A DNA stretch of 64,000 nt from Lophium mytilinum. Taxonomy: Eukaryota. The notes below the pieces were generated by a model, which worked only from the letters and a program-made list of their open reading frames with translations, had not been told where the DNA came from and did not search any database. The DNA lies in assembly GCA_010093605.1 (NCBI GenBank), contig MU004189.1, forward strand, positions 1,309,834 through 1,373,833, in the 5' to 3' direction. Both the position numbers and the translations under genes were made by a program. Below, in pieces: positions 23,199 to 33,961 of this stretch (positions are counted from its first letter, which is position 1; every line of letters starts with the position of its first letter).

Positions 23199-26100
23199 AT
23201 GGAGAACAACATCGAGCTTGGAGGCATCCAAGCCAAAATCCAGTCGCAAGGTTCCAGTTTCGACAGCCGCCGTCGTGAAGTGCGAAGACGGCGATTCCAG
23301 TCTAGCGAATACTCAACCCGCAAGAGATCCAACAACGACCACGCTCTTGAGGAAGAGTCAGCCTCACAGCCGCTCTTGCTGATCCTTCGTATTCTAAGCT
23401 ACCACAAGATTCGACTCTTCTCGGTTAACCCAAATCAAAGATGGAATTTACGACAGGCTCTCGGCGATGGAAGCACATTTTCTGTGGACGGGGCAGAGTT
23501 ACCTATCTGGGACGCCTTGGCTCACTTGAGATATCGCAACCTTGACATAAAGGGTCCCAAGGAAAAGTTCAACTTCGTCGATCATACGCGCATAAGCTGG
23601 CAGCACACAACGCTTGTAGCCTATAAAGCCTTGGTCGGTAGGAAAAGCATGGACAGAGGCATGATCATGCAGGATCTCATTACAGAACTCCGGGTTCTTT
23701 GCCATCGCCCGCTTCAGAAGCATCCCAATTTCGTTCGACTGCTCGGAGTAGCTTGGATCAGTGAGATTGACATGGGGTATACGGATGACGCCGAGCCACG
23801 TGAATGGCCAACAGTGGTCGTGGAGAAAGCACCCCACGGTTCGCTTCTTGACTTTTTGAGCTCAGAAGAATTCAAGACAACGCGCTCGTCGTTAATGGCG
23901 AAACTGAATCTCTGCATAGACGTTTTGATCGCAATCGTAGTAAGTGTTTGCAGTCCACTTTAGGAAGTGACGCCTAATATGAATTAGGCCCTACATGCGT
24001 GCGATATCTTGCATGGCGACATCAAATGCGAGAATGCTCTCGTCTTTAACACAGAAAAGGGGACAGCGGAAAACTGGAGAGTGAAATTATCGGACTTCGG
24101 TCATGCTATTCTGAACATGCAGGGCAAAGGTTCCAGTGGCTTCACAAGGCGAGAAGTTATTGGTACGGATTTCTACAGCCCCCCAGAGCTTAGTAGCGCC
24201 GAGGCAGTGATAGATGTTGCGAACATGAAAAGCGTCGATGTATGGTGTTGGGGTCTTTTGATGTGGAGAGTGTTGATCGACGGAATGGAATACAGCGATG
24301 CAGAGGGACATCAAATTGATCCAGGCGCAATGCGAGCGCTCAGAGAGCAGGGCAATATTGCTGCCACAGCAAAAGATGCTTGCAAGAATTACCTCAATCT
24401 ACACCACAGTCGGGAAGGCGCAGCTCTAAGTTCGATCGTTGGGATCCTAGTAGACGCCCTTTCCCATAACGCAGCCGACCGCCCAGATGCTCTCTCACTG
24501 CTCAGCCGTTTGAGAAGGGCCTCATCTGACAGGTGAGTGAGACGCCAGACCAGACTGGAAGGTTGCTCAAACTAATTTCGATTAGGGAAGCTGAGGCGGT
24601 AGAGAATTTAGTGCCGGAAAAGCCCCAGTCGATAGAATCTCTCGAGGCCTTACCTTTCTTTAATGTACGTATACCATTCTCCTAATTATATTACTCCATT
24701 CTAACGTCTAGGAAAGCTCACACAATACTACTACGACCTTTGGATGCTCTTGGCCGTTCCTCGCGACATATTGATCGAGCTGCAATCGTTGCATGCCGTT
24801 GACGCGGATGGTTCCCTAGAAGCCACTTTCCAGCTTGGACTCTGCCATGTTGCCGGCTTTGGAGTGCAACGAGACGGCCAACAGGCAGTGGACTTAGTCA
24901 AGCGCGCCGCGGAAGGAGGTCTTTCCAAAGCGCGATTGGCTCTTCCCCGGATTGCAGGCGCTTTTGGAGTCGCTCTGTCCCCCGAAACTCGTCAGCTTGT
25001 AATCTCTTGGCTAATCGAAGCATCGAGGAACGGCCCTGGGATCGCTTGGATGGAATTGGAGCGACTTGGCTTTGAGCAGCGGATCTTGGGTCCTTCCGAA
25101 CTCCTGCGAACTGCAACAAACATCGCCAAATCCCCACACGATTCTGGATTGCTGCATGCTGTAAAGCTAGGTGATGAAGAAGCCGTCCGGAAATTAAGTA
25201 CACATGGCAGTTTTCCTGGACAATTCGGAGAAACTCCCTTACATTGCGCAACCCTATTGCCCAAAAGCGTTGGTCTTCCAATTGCTGAAATCTTGCTCAA
25301 AGGCGGCGCCAACATATATCAGCCGACATCTCGACAATATCAACTATCGAGAGATGACTTTATCCTTGAAGCGATGCCTGAACACACCACACCGCTGGAA
25401 TGGGCCATCATAAACGACCGTGTTTCCTTCGTGAGACTCTTTCTTGAGTTTAGCGAAAGTTCAGATCTACCATCTGAAGTCTATGGATCGACAACCACAC
25501 CACTTGCATATGCCGCCAGGCATCAAAGTATCAAGTGCCTTAAATACCTCTGCAATGAGCATGGTCGCAGTAATGCTGATATCAACACCTTCGACAAATA
25601 CGGATTCTCGGCCTTTTACTACGCCGTGCGCCCCGATCTATTGGACCGTGTGTTACGCTACGTGCCGGAAGAGAGAGATGGGCCTACAAGATCGGATATC
25701 TCGCCTGTTGTCGCGCGCGAGGAAAGCATTATCAATATGCTTGTAGCTTCTGGCTCGGACATGAAGGTCAGCTCCGCGGGACATTTCAACTGTCTACATC
25801 TCATCACAGCATTCGGCGAGCCATCTACCCTTGAGGCGGTTCTAAATATTAAAGGAAGCGATCTACTCGTCAACCAAGAGTCTCAATACGGTTGGACGCC
25901 TTTGGTGGATGCTATTTTTTGGAGGCGCAAAGATTCATTCAAACTTCTTCTCGAACATCACGCGAGTCCAAAAGACATATGGCCCAAAACCAAGCGACAT
26001 GCAATTCACACATGTTGTCTCCTACCAAACACGTCGTCGGCGCTATTCTTCGCTGAAACATTACTCCATGAGCATCCATCCTGTCTGCATGCCCGAGATA

Positions 26101-27663
26101 CATGGAATCGAACACCCTTGCATTTCGCGGCTATTTTTGGCAAGCTAAAACTGATCGACCTGTACTTGTCTAAGGGTGCGAAGCTGCTTGTATTTGATAT
26201 TCACCGCATTACCCCTCTAGGATTGGCGGTAGAAGCTAGGTCGATGAGAGGTGTCAGAAGACTCCGAGATGAACATGACAGCAGGAACCTACCTCTCCTA
26301 GGATTCAAGACATCTTCTTTGTCGCCCAGGTACTTCTCGGTATTCCATTTCTTACTTCAACCTGGAGGGAAGTCTCCAACGTATGTTCGAAACTCTCGAG
26401 TTCCGTCACCTTATCCCGGTTGCGCCGATCATCCATTCTCAGGACCCTCTCTGAATGTCCTGGACGACCTACTCAGTCATTACAAATATCGGGTCAGTTT
26501 TGGCATCAATTTCATCGAAAGCATTGTACATTCTCCCTACAAGCATGAAAGCGGGATCAGGGAGGCCGTGCAAATGGCGAATTGGGATGCCGTTGACATG
26601 ATCCTGAAATCGGGAAAGTTCACGGTCGATTTACGGCACTTGCTCAAAATCGCGTTCGATCAGCGCATTCTGGGCTCAGGGCATTTTGCGAGCGAAGATG
26701 CGAGGAAAAAGATGGTCAAATACCTTTGGCAAGAACAAGAAGAGGAGTACCAAGCGCTGTATAAAACTCGCCAAACATCACTAATGCGTTTCCTATGGAG
26801 ATATCATTACCGGATGTACGGCACCATGGAACAGGAACAATATCAACGAGTCAATCAATGGCTTTTTGACAACCGCTACCTGTGGCACAAACCCATGTTT
26901 CCAGATCTGGACTTATGGGTCCACACCCGCTTGCCGGTCACGCTGATTCTTTCTATCTTCGTAGGGTGCTTGCTCTGTCCACTCCTAGTCTGCCTTGCCA
27001 TTATAACCGCTGATCCGGCCACGCAATATGGAACTCGCAACAAAGGCCGAACTGGTGTTATGGTGTTTTGCGTAAGTCAAGCGTTGATCCGATGCTGGTT
27101 GCATTCGCTGATTAGTTCCGTAAAGACCAGTACTCTACTTTTCTTTCCGCAAATGCTCCGCGGCTTGACAATCGCTTACTGTGCATCTCAGAAAACGCTA
27201 AAACTCCGCAGCTGGCAGATGCGACTTGTTCAATCTGTTCTTTGCTTGGCCGTACCCGCTCTCGGAGTCTTCAACATCTGGATTTTGAACCCTGAAAATG
27301 CCAACATTGTACGGTTTCATCCGAAATATTCGCTGGCGAAAGGTGTTGCATGGGATGCAAGGGTTTTGCCCCCCTGGAGACAGAACATCCTTGGGCATTT
27401 CTTCCGACTGTGTGATGTTCTACTCGCATGGTCTGTAATTGCTTATGTGTAAGTGTTTCCGTCGACTCCGCCGACTCATCTATTGTTCTCGACGACTGAA
27501 GGAGTACAAGCTGATTATATGCAGAGTCTTCCCAGTGATCATACTAGGCACTTGGTGGATTACCACGTTCAATTTCCGCAAGACTCCACGACTTGACGTG
27601 AGCGAGGTAAGCTTGCAGAAAACGTATGTTACATCGCGGAGGGGGTGGCCGTGGCTGGAATGA
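23199..27663 (+). CDS. Protein kinase + Sel1-like repeat + ankyrin repeats + C-terminal transmembrane region
   Basis: Kinase motifs LGDGSTFSV, VAYK, HPNFVRLLG, HGDIKCENAL, KLSDFG, YSPPE and DVWCWG. Introns 23940..23987, 24533..24585 and 24665..24716 join ORFs 23199, 24009 and 24744 in frame. Sel1-like ATFQLGLCHVAGFGVQRDGQQAVDLVKRAAEGG; ankyrin GETPLH, TPLEWA, GWTPL, RTPLHFAA; hydrophobic C-terminal helices. The 3' exons are uncertain. Confidence 0.85.
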
Positions 27664-27902
27664 GGTTGAACGACAAAGTATCGCAGTCAAACAGGGCCAT
27701 CATAGTTTGAAAAGATCTCCACCAACCCTCTTTCTACATTGATGGGTCGCTGTATAGCTTACAGTAATATACTACTGCGTATCTAGTGCCGCATTCCAAA
27801 ATTTGCTATCAGGAGGAACTTTCCATATTCTGTTCGGATGCATCGAGGCTCTTAGACAGTGTTAAGTACAAATGCAGACGTGTACTGAAGCTCTGTGGTT
27901 TG

Positions 27903-29075
27903 CTAGTTGTTTGACCCAGTGCCTGCGACGAATACTACTAATACCGTTGTGAACCTACACACGACAGTTTGATCGTGGTCAGTTCGGCCATTAAAATCTA
28001 GGAGAGGGAGATTGACATACGTTGCACCGGCTACAAATATCTCTCCTGTTCGTGCTTTAGTGAGCATAGACAACACTATGATAAATATCGTTGACGATAT
28101 TGCAATCACCAGCAGCCGCAATGCGACGCTATCAATCGCATTCACAATTATGACGGGTATGAGGAGAAGCAACACAAGCAGGCTCGCCACCAAAAAGCGC
28201 CCTAACCGAGCAACCAGAGCACTTGAAAAGATGTGCACATTTGGATCGCGCGAGACCTGCAGACGGGGGCTCTGGGACCGAATCAGTACATTCTCCCGCA
28301 CGTACAGCGTTTTCGGATTCTAGTGGGAGCCATACTTTGTTGAACTTCGTTGCAATCCAGATCAAGAAGCCCTCGATTGGACCCTCAAACGCATTTAATG
28401 CTCTATCCGCAGGGCTCGCTAATGTAGCCAGGTCTTCGCCTTTTCCAAGATACGCTGTTTCTTGCCGGGCCAAACACCCAGTGCTGTCGATCCAGTTCTC
28501 TAAGTTTGCAATGTCTCGCCGGTTTGGGCGCTCTAGTCCCAGTACCCGTTCATTGCGGTGGATCAGCTCATCTATCAACACCTCCTCAGCGATGACAGCA
28601 CATAAGAGAGCGAACAAGGAGACCTACCATAATCAGCTAATGCTGCATCGATGTTTTCTAGCACCTGCTTGCGGGCCGGGTTGCTATCGCGCCGGTAACT
28701 TCCAAGGAACAGGACCTTGGGCTCTTCGCGGTCGATTTGCTCGAGCTGTTCCTCAAGCTGGGAGAGCTTGTCTTGCTTGTGGAGGAGCATTCGAGCTCGC
28801 AGCGCGGAAAAGCGGCGACATATCTGGAAGTACGGATGGGAGCTAATGAGTGCTGCGAAACGGGGATAGCCAGATGGGAAGTCTTCGACTGTGTTTCATG
28901 GATTAGAGCTCATCTGGATAATTCGTCTACGTCTCATTGAAAGGGTACCTTGGGTGATCGGCGGTTTGACGGAAGTCTCGTTGCCACGTCGAAATGCTCG
29001 GAGTAAGCGAGTGCACAGTGAAGTAAGGCATCGCGGCATACGCTGAGAGGCTTCTAGTGGGATCAGATCAGCCAT
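27903..29075 (-). CDS. DUF6594-type fungal protein with C-terminal transmembrane helices
   Basis: Spliced translation ...VEDFPSGYPRFAALISSHPYFQICRRFSALRARMLLHKQDKLSQLEEQLEQIDREE...YLGKGEDLATL...LLLIPVIIV...IFIIVLSMLTKARTGEIFVAGAT...VLVVFV, which matches DUF6594 motifs. The start exon (ATG at 29075) is inferred. Confidence 0.82.
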
Positions 29076-30028
29076 TTCAGAAAGATGTAAATGCTACATC
29101 GATCTCTAGAAACCCGGGTATAACTCAGCGCTGCTAAAAAAAAAGGCCCTGCCAGCGGCTCTTCTACTTCAACGTCTTCCCTCGAGGATGTACCTCCCAC
29201 TCTCCGGCCTAAGTAGCTGCATATCTAATTCCCACGATTGGCTAGTTCTCAGATCTGCTGCATGTTCTAGGATGCACTGCCAGCTGGCTGACAAGGATGC
29301 GTGACCACTTACTATCCTGCAACGTAAGCCACAAGGTAGAGCAGCCAAATCCGGCGAACTTACAATTCTGCCTTGGCATCTAGAAAACCAACAGTGAGGC
29401 TACTGCTGCCTGGCGGCATGTGAGGATACCTCATAATACGCCTCCTCACTCCGCTCGATCCCGCATTCCGCTTCAGCCTTCTCACGCTACCATCTGCACA
29501 CCTCATTCTGCGAATACCATGGACGCCCAAAAAGCGTAAGGCTCCTCGCTACATATCGTGAAGCTTACTGAATGCCTTTAGCTCGAGGGCGTACAACCCA
29601 GATTGGGCCGCTGCTAGCTCTACCAATTCTGCTGGTCGTCCGACTATTCAGCGCGGCACGGTAAGTGTCACGATACTCCTCGCACTTGCATGTGTGGTAA
29701 GTAATGGTTGGTAGAGTAGTAGCTACCGACCCGAAGATAGAGTCTGGCTCTCGACAGAAGGCCGTCGAGGGCTTGAGGGCCCCTTTCTTGTAGCAAAGGT
29801 GTCGTCGCCAGGAATCTACATTCTCTGTTTTGAGAACGGAAATCCGGCAAAGGATGGTGCTGAGATTGAGGAGTCTCGATTGTCCTTAGCTCAGTAAAAG
29901 TTCTCGAGACAGAGTCTCGAGATTTCGTGTAGAAAGCACCATTGAATGTGTCGGCCTGCGAAGCTTCTAGAAATAAAATAAGGAGAATTTCAGAACGGGA
30001 AGAAGAGCAGATCGCAGGGTATCTTAAA

Positions 30029-32332
30029 TTATCCCTCTACATCAAAGAACGACGCCCCATCAAGGTCCAGTCCGGCATCGAAACTTTGCAAAACCCTCCC
30101 GTGGAAAGCCCTCCCCAATTCACACTCAATCTTATCGTCCTTCTCAACACCGAAGTCTCCCGTCAGGCAAGTGACCGCCGCATCCTCATACGCCAAGCCC
30201 ATATCATGGCTCAACAACCCTTTCGACTTGTTAAGTATCTCATGTCGCAGCGCCAGAAGTCCTTTCTGCTTCACAAATCTGCCAAACATACTTGGAAGAA
30301 GATCCCAAAGACCGATTTCGAGCAACAGTAGCCCGAAAGAGTAATAGTCGTGTATTTTTGAGTGCCTTTTGGGCGGATAGCGCCCTTGGCGGTCTGGGTG
30401 GCGGTATATGTCGTTGACAACGTCCTTCTCGTATCGCTTCGTGGACGACTCGTCGCTTTCGCGGGTGAAGTCGAAGCCGCACAGGTAGGGCTCCGAGTAG
30501 TCGATGCGATATCTGTTCTTATGTCTGAAGAAGACGATGTTGTAGCTCGCAATACCCTGATGAACCCACCCAACACCGTGCCACTTCAGCAACGCTTGGC
30601 CGATCTTTCGTGCGATGTTGAAGCGCTCACCTAATGTTGGCCGCTGGTGTCGTGATCGAGTGCTACTTGCCCTTTGACTGTGGTTCCAGAGGATGGTTTG
30701 AAGACTGACCGGCACATACTCGTTCCCGACGGGATTAATAAATATTAAGCCATGTCGACCCTGGTCTTCAGCGGAGAAATAACCCAGACACTTCGGAGTG
30801 CGAAAACCATCTGACTGAGGTGCTTGAAGGACGTCAGCAAGGCGTTTCAATCGACCTTGGCTGAGATCATCCAAGTTCTTATCGGAGTCATCGAGGTGCT
30901 TGTATTCTACAAGAACGGTTCCGTGAGTAGGGTGTTGTTCAGTGAACAGTGATACGGTCAAGGGAGTATCTGCCTGCGGGTCTGGTGTATACGACGCTCT
31001 TTCTAACAAGTTATCGGACTCTACCGGAAAGTTGGCCATCAATCGCACTTTGAGTGATTCTACAATCCCGAGAATCCGCATTTCAGGATCACTGATTGCC
31101 TTCGTCAAACAATCCTTTTGATGGAGCTCTGGCAATGCCATCACGTTCCTTTCAATCGTATCTTGCAAAGCTAGGATACTAGTCTCAAAGCTCCGCAAGA
31201 ACCTGTGTACTTTGATCTCGTCTACGGTTGCGCTGTTTTGGTGGTTTCCATAAGAAGAAAATGAGGTCGCCAGCAGCTTCAGAGCGTTTCCTAATCGAAC
31301 GTTGAAGATGTCCCAGGCGCTGCGGATCTCTTTTTTTGAAGGGTTGGGCATCTTTCTTAGTTGGGCCAGTGATTGGACCTGCGGTGGATGCTCCAAAACA
31401 AAATCGCGAAGACACTCAGCTCGAGACACAACATCAGTGACCATAAGTCCTGATATTTCTCTAGGAGCGTAGGTTTTGAGCCAGTAGATGATTTCGTCAA
31501 GAAGTTCCCCGGACAGTGGGCTGCGTACCGTCATTCTAAGCGTCAAAGCTGCCTCTTCGGAATTCAGCCGTGGCGTTTCAGCAGAAATAGAAATGAGAGG
31601 CTCTAAGCGTATTGTCTCTCGTCTACCTCCCAGCGGGAAGTACAGCGGGGTTTGGAGAAGGCAGCGGTCCGCGCGAGCAAGTTGATGATGTATATCAGCT
31701 ATCCGTGCGTGGCCTTTTGCCTTGAGAGAATCTTCTACTTCCTTGATCCAAGCTGTGGTGAAGGAGTCTTGGCCTGGGCTCGCGGCTTGACAGCCCATCG
31801 CACATGACGCCTGAAGCTCGACGTTTGGGGGGACAGTACGGTCACTAGCTCCTCGTGCAGCTTGTGCAGCATAGCAGCAGTCTAGCAGCAGGAGGACGTC
31901 CCCTCTGGCGTGTACTAGCTTTGGCTGTATTTCATACCAGTCCAGCGTTGGCCCATCCTCACTTTGAGCGGCCCAAACCGCACGCCGCCGCCTATCTTTT
32001 GAAGCGAGGAAATCTTGATCGCCATGACCCCCGTAATGGACGATTGCTAGAGACCGTTTCGGGGGAGACTCTAGCCGAGTCAGGAATTGTGCAATCGCTG
32101 CATCTAAGGCAAGGTGGCTATCGCGGGTTGGAATGGCGAATTGATGGACACGGAATTTCAGTAGCTCTTCGAAGAGCTTCTTGAGCCTGAGAGCTTCCGT
32201 CAGGAATCCAGGCTCGTCGCTCTCTTCCCAATAAAGAAGCAGGACTTGAATAGAGTCATAGTCGTTTTTCGGATTCCTGTCAAATTGCTCCTTCAAGCCT
32301 ACATTGATCTTACTCTTCAGTGCGTTGGTCAT
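30029..32332 (-). CDS. Caspase-like (peptidase C14-fold) domain plus C-terminal pseudokinase of the same family as 8821..10465
   Basis: Intronless, with ATG at 32332 in gccgccATG context. N-terminal VLLLYWE, LAIVHYGGHG (His) and DVLLLLDCCYAA (Cys) form a caspase-type dyad. C-terminal VLVEYK, PTLGERF, WVHQGIASYNIVFF, PYLCGFDFTR, IYRHPDRQG and HDYYSFGLLLLEIGLW. Confidence 0.85.
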   Translation of the reverse strand: MTNALKSKINVGLKEQFDRNPKNDYDSIQVLLLYWEESDEPGFLTEALRLKKLFEELLKFRVHQFAIPTRDSHLALDAAIAQFLTRLESPPKRSLAIVHYGGHGDQDFLASKDRRRRAVWAAQSEDGPTLDWYEIQPKLVHARGDVLLLLDCCYAAQAARGASDRTVPPNVELQASCAMGCQAASPGQDSFTTAWIKEVEDSLKAKGHARIADIHHQLARADRCLLQTPLYFPLGGRRETIRLEPLISISAETPRLNSEEAALTLRMTVRSPLSGELLDEIIYWLKTYAPREISGLMVTDVVSRAECLRDFVLEHPPQVQSLAQLRKMPNPSKKEIRSAWDIFNVRLGNALKLLATSFSSYGNHQNSATVDEIKVHRFLRSFETSILALQDTIERNVMALPELHQKDCLTKAISDPEMRILGIVESLKVRLMANFPVESDNLLERASYTPDPQADTPLTVSLFTEQHPTHGTVLVEYKHLDDSDKNLDDLSQGRLKRLADVLQAPQSDGFRTPKCLGYFSAEDQGRHGLIFINPVGNEYVPVSLQTILWNHSQRASSTRSRHQRPTLGERFNIARKIGQALLKWHGVGWVHQGIASYNIVFFRHKNRYRIDYSEPYLCGFDFTRESDESSTKRYEKDVVNDIYRHPDRQGRYPPKRHSKIHDYYSFGLLLLEIGLWDLLPSMFGRFVKQKGLLALRHEILNKSKGLLSHDMGLAYEDAAVTCLTGDFGVEKDDKIECELGRAFHGRVLQSFDAGLDLDGASFFDVEG

Positions 32333-32686
32333 GGCGGCGAGACCTCGAGAGGGGAGATTCAAGAGAAGAAAGGAGTATTGGCACCAACAGGCTGCCTAGG
32401 CTGAAGGCAAGCAGCAAACCGCCTCGAAAGTGAGCCTTGCGGCTTTAGCGCCATAAATGCGCCTAGCCTCCTGCATGTCTCCAAGAATAGCGGCATGACC
32501 GGTCAATGCGGCAGTATTTGATCAGGGGATACTTCGAGTCTCTGGACATGTTGGAGAGTGGTGGAGGTGATACGGGGAGCCCCGCTGTAGAATACGATCC
32601 CGGCCTGGTGGAGTGAGGCTGACGGTGTGCAGATCAGCCTCGGGCTGTTTTCCATCAAAGATAAGTTTACTCGAGAATATCTCACA

Positions 32687-32883
32687 CAGCAACCTGGACA
32701 ATGGCACCTGTTCCTCGCCAATCACAGCCTGTGAACATCGCCTGATTATAGCGGCATTCCCGTTCCCGCTTCCGCTCCGTCGGCTGTGCCCCCTCTACGC
32801 GAGAGGTGGGGTATCCCTCATACTTAATCATTCAGCAGGGCGGCTGCTTACTCGCATCCCCAAGTCATACTACTGCTTACTCT
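32687..32883 (+). repeat. Diverged direct repeat, copy 2 (partner at 22676..22860)
   Basis: Colinear match to 22676..22860 with substitutions and small indels. Confidence 0.9.
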
Positions 32884-33224
32884 GTGACACAGCTACTACA
32901 GCTACTTTTGAAGTAACACAGCAGGGATAGTAGTAACGGTCCAAGATGCCTGTCCTGCATGAGGAAGATGGAATTGTTGGGGGGAGCTTCAGGTTGATGT
33001 ATGCAAGAGATAGGCTTTCCTAGTTCTACACATACAAAGCCTCATAAAAATTAACGAGACTGATGTATGAGTATCAGGCGGGAGCATATGATACGGACCA
33101 GGACTCGACTCTGGGGCGAGAAAACGATGCAGCTTCCTAAGTCATCCCTTCAGTCACTCTCACATCTCAACCCCAAAACTTCTCAATCACCTCCCATTCC
33201 TCCACACCCTCACACCTCCCAGCA

Positions 33225-33370
33225 TAACCACCTCCCTCTCCTCCTCCATTACCGCCTTCCGCCACGAAAACGGCCGCCGCTACCACAACCACGGCGACGG
33301 CCTCACCTACCCCTCCCCAACGACACCGACGAAATCAACCGACTAGAACTGCAACACAACGTCTGGGAAC
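33225..33370 (+). pseudogene. Frameshifted fragment of a LaeA-like/Methyltransf_23 SAM-dependent methyltransferase
   Basis: SSITAFRHENGRRYHNHGDGLTYP, then a 1-nt frameshift, then LPNDTDEINRLELQHNVW. This matches the family motif ENGRRYH...YxLPNDxxExDRLDLQH. The SAM-binding core is absent. Confidence 0.75.
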
Positions 33371-33961
33371 CCTCGCCGAGTAGACTTGGATACCCGCTGT
33401 CATATCTCTAAATTAGCTTTAAGTAAGCAGACAGTCTATGGAGAATTTCTAAGGCCTAGCCTAATTCCTGCTGCGAGAAAGCTTACTTGTTGCATGAGGG
33501 AACGACGAAGCATGTTGCGCGTTGCTTTAGGGAACGTGAGACATTGATGGATTGACCTTCGGTTGTATACAATTGGAATCCTTATCATACCATATTTCTG
33601 ACTTGATGAGCGATGCTATGACGGATCAAACGAATCCTCAACACGTTAGCTCTCAACATTTCTCGAAATAGAGATATATTCAGGACTTAGACCAGTATGT
33701 GTACCAAAAGCCAATGTATTCGAAGTAGTACATGGGTATATCTAAAGGCTCCTGCGCGTTTTACATACGTAGACGATAACAACATAGATGTGCCTACTAT
33801 GAGGATATAGAAAAAAGGCGCGGTTATTTAATCGCTGTGAAATCGGAACCTCTTTTCACAGGATCAACCGGTGACGCTGCTGATGTCTTTGTTATTCGTT
33901 GCCGCTGAGACTTAGGTTCTGCCCTCTTTAGCGATTCTGTCGACGGCGTTACCGATTCTTT

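Noticed and set aside
5867..32362. Canonical NLR (NACHT/NB-ARC) or amyloid signalling motif (HET-s PFD, PP/RHIM) linking the modules
   Set aside because: No P-loop GxxGxGKS/T NOD domain and no convincing amyloid or RHIM motif was seen in any of the proteins.
22676..32883. LTR retrotransposon explanation for the direct repeats
   Set aside because: No TG...CA termini, PBS/PPT or gag/pol sequence lies between the repeats, and no TSD was identified.
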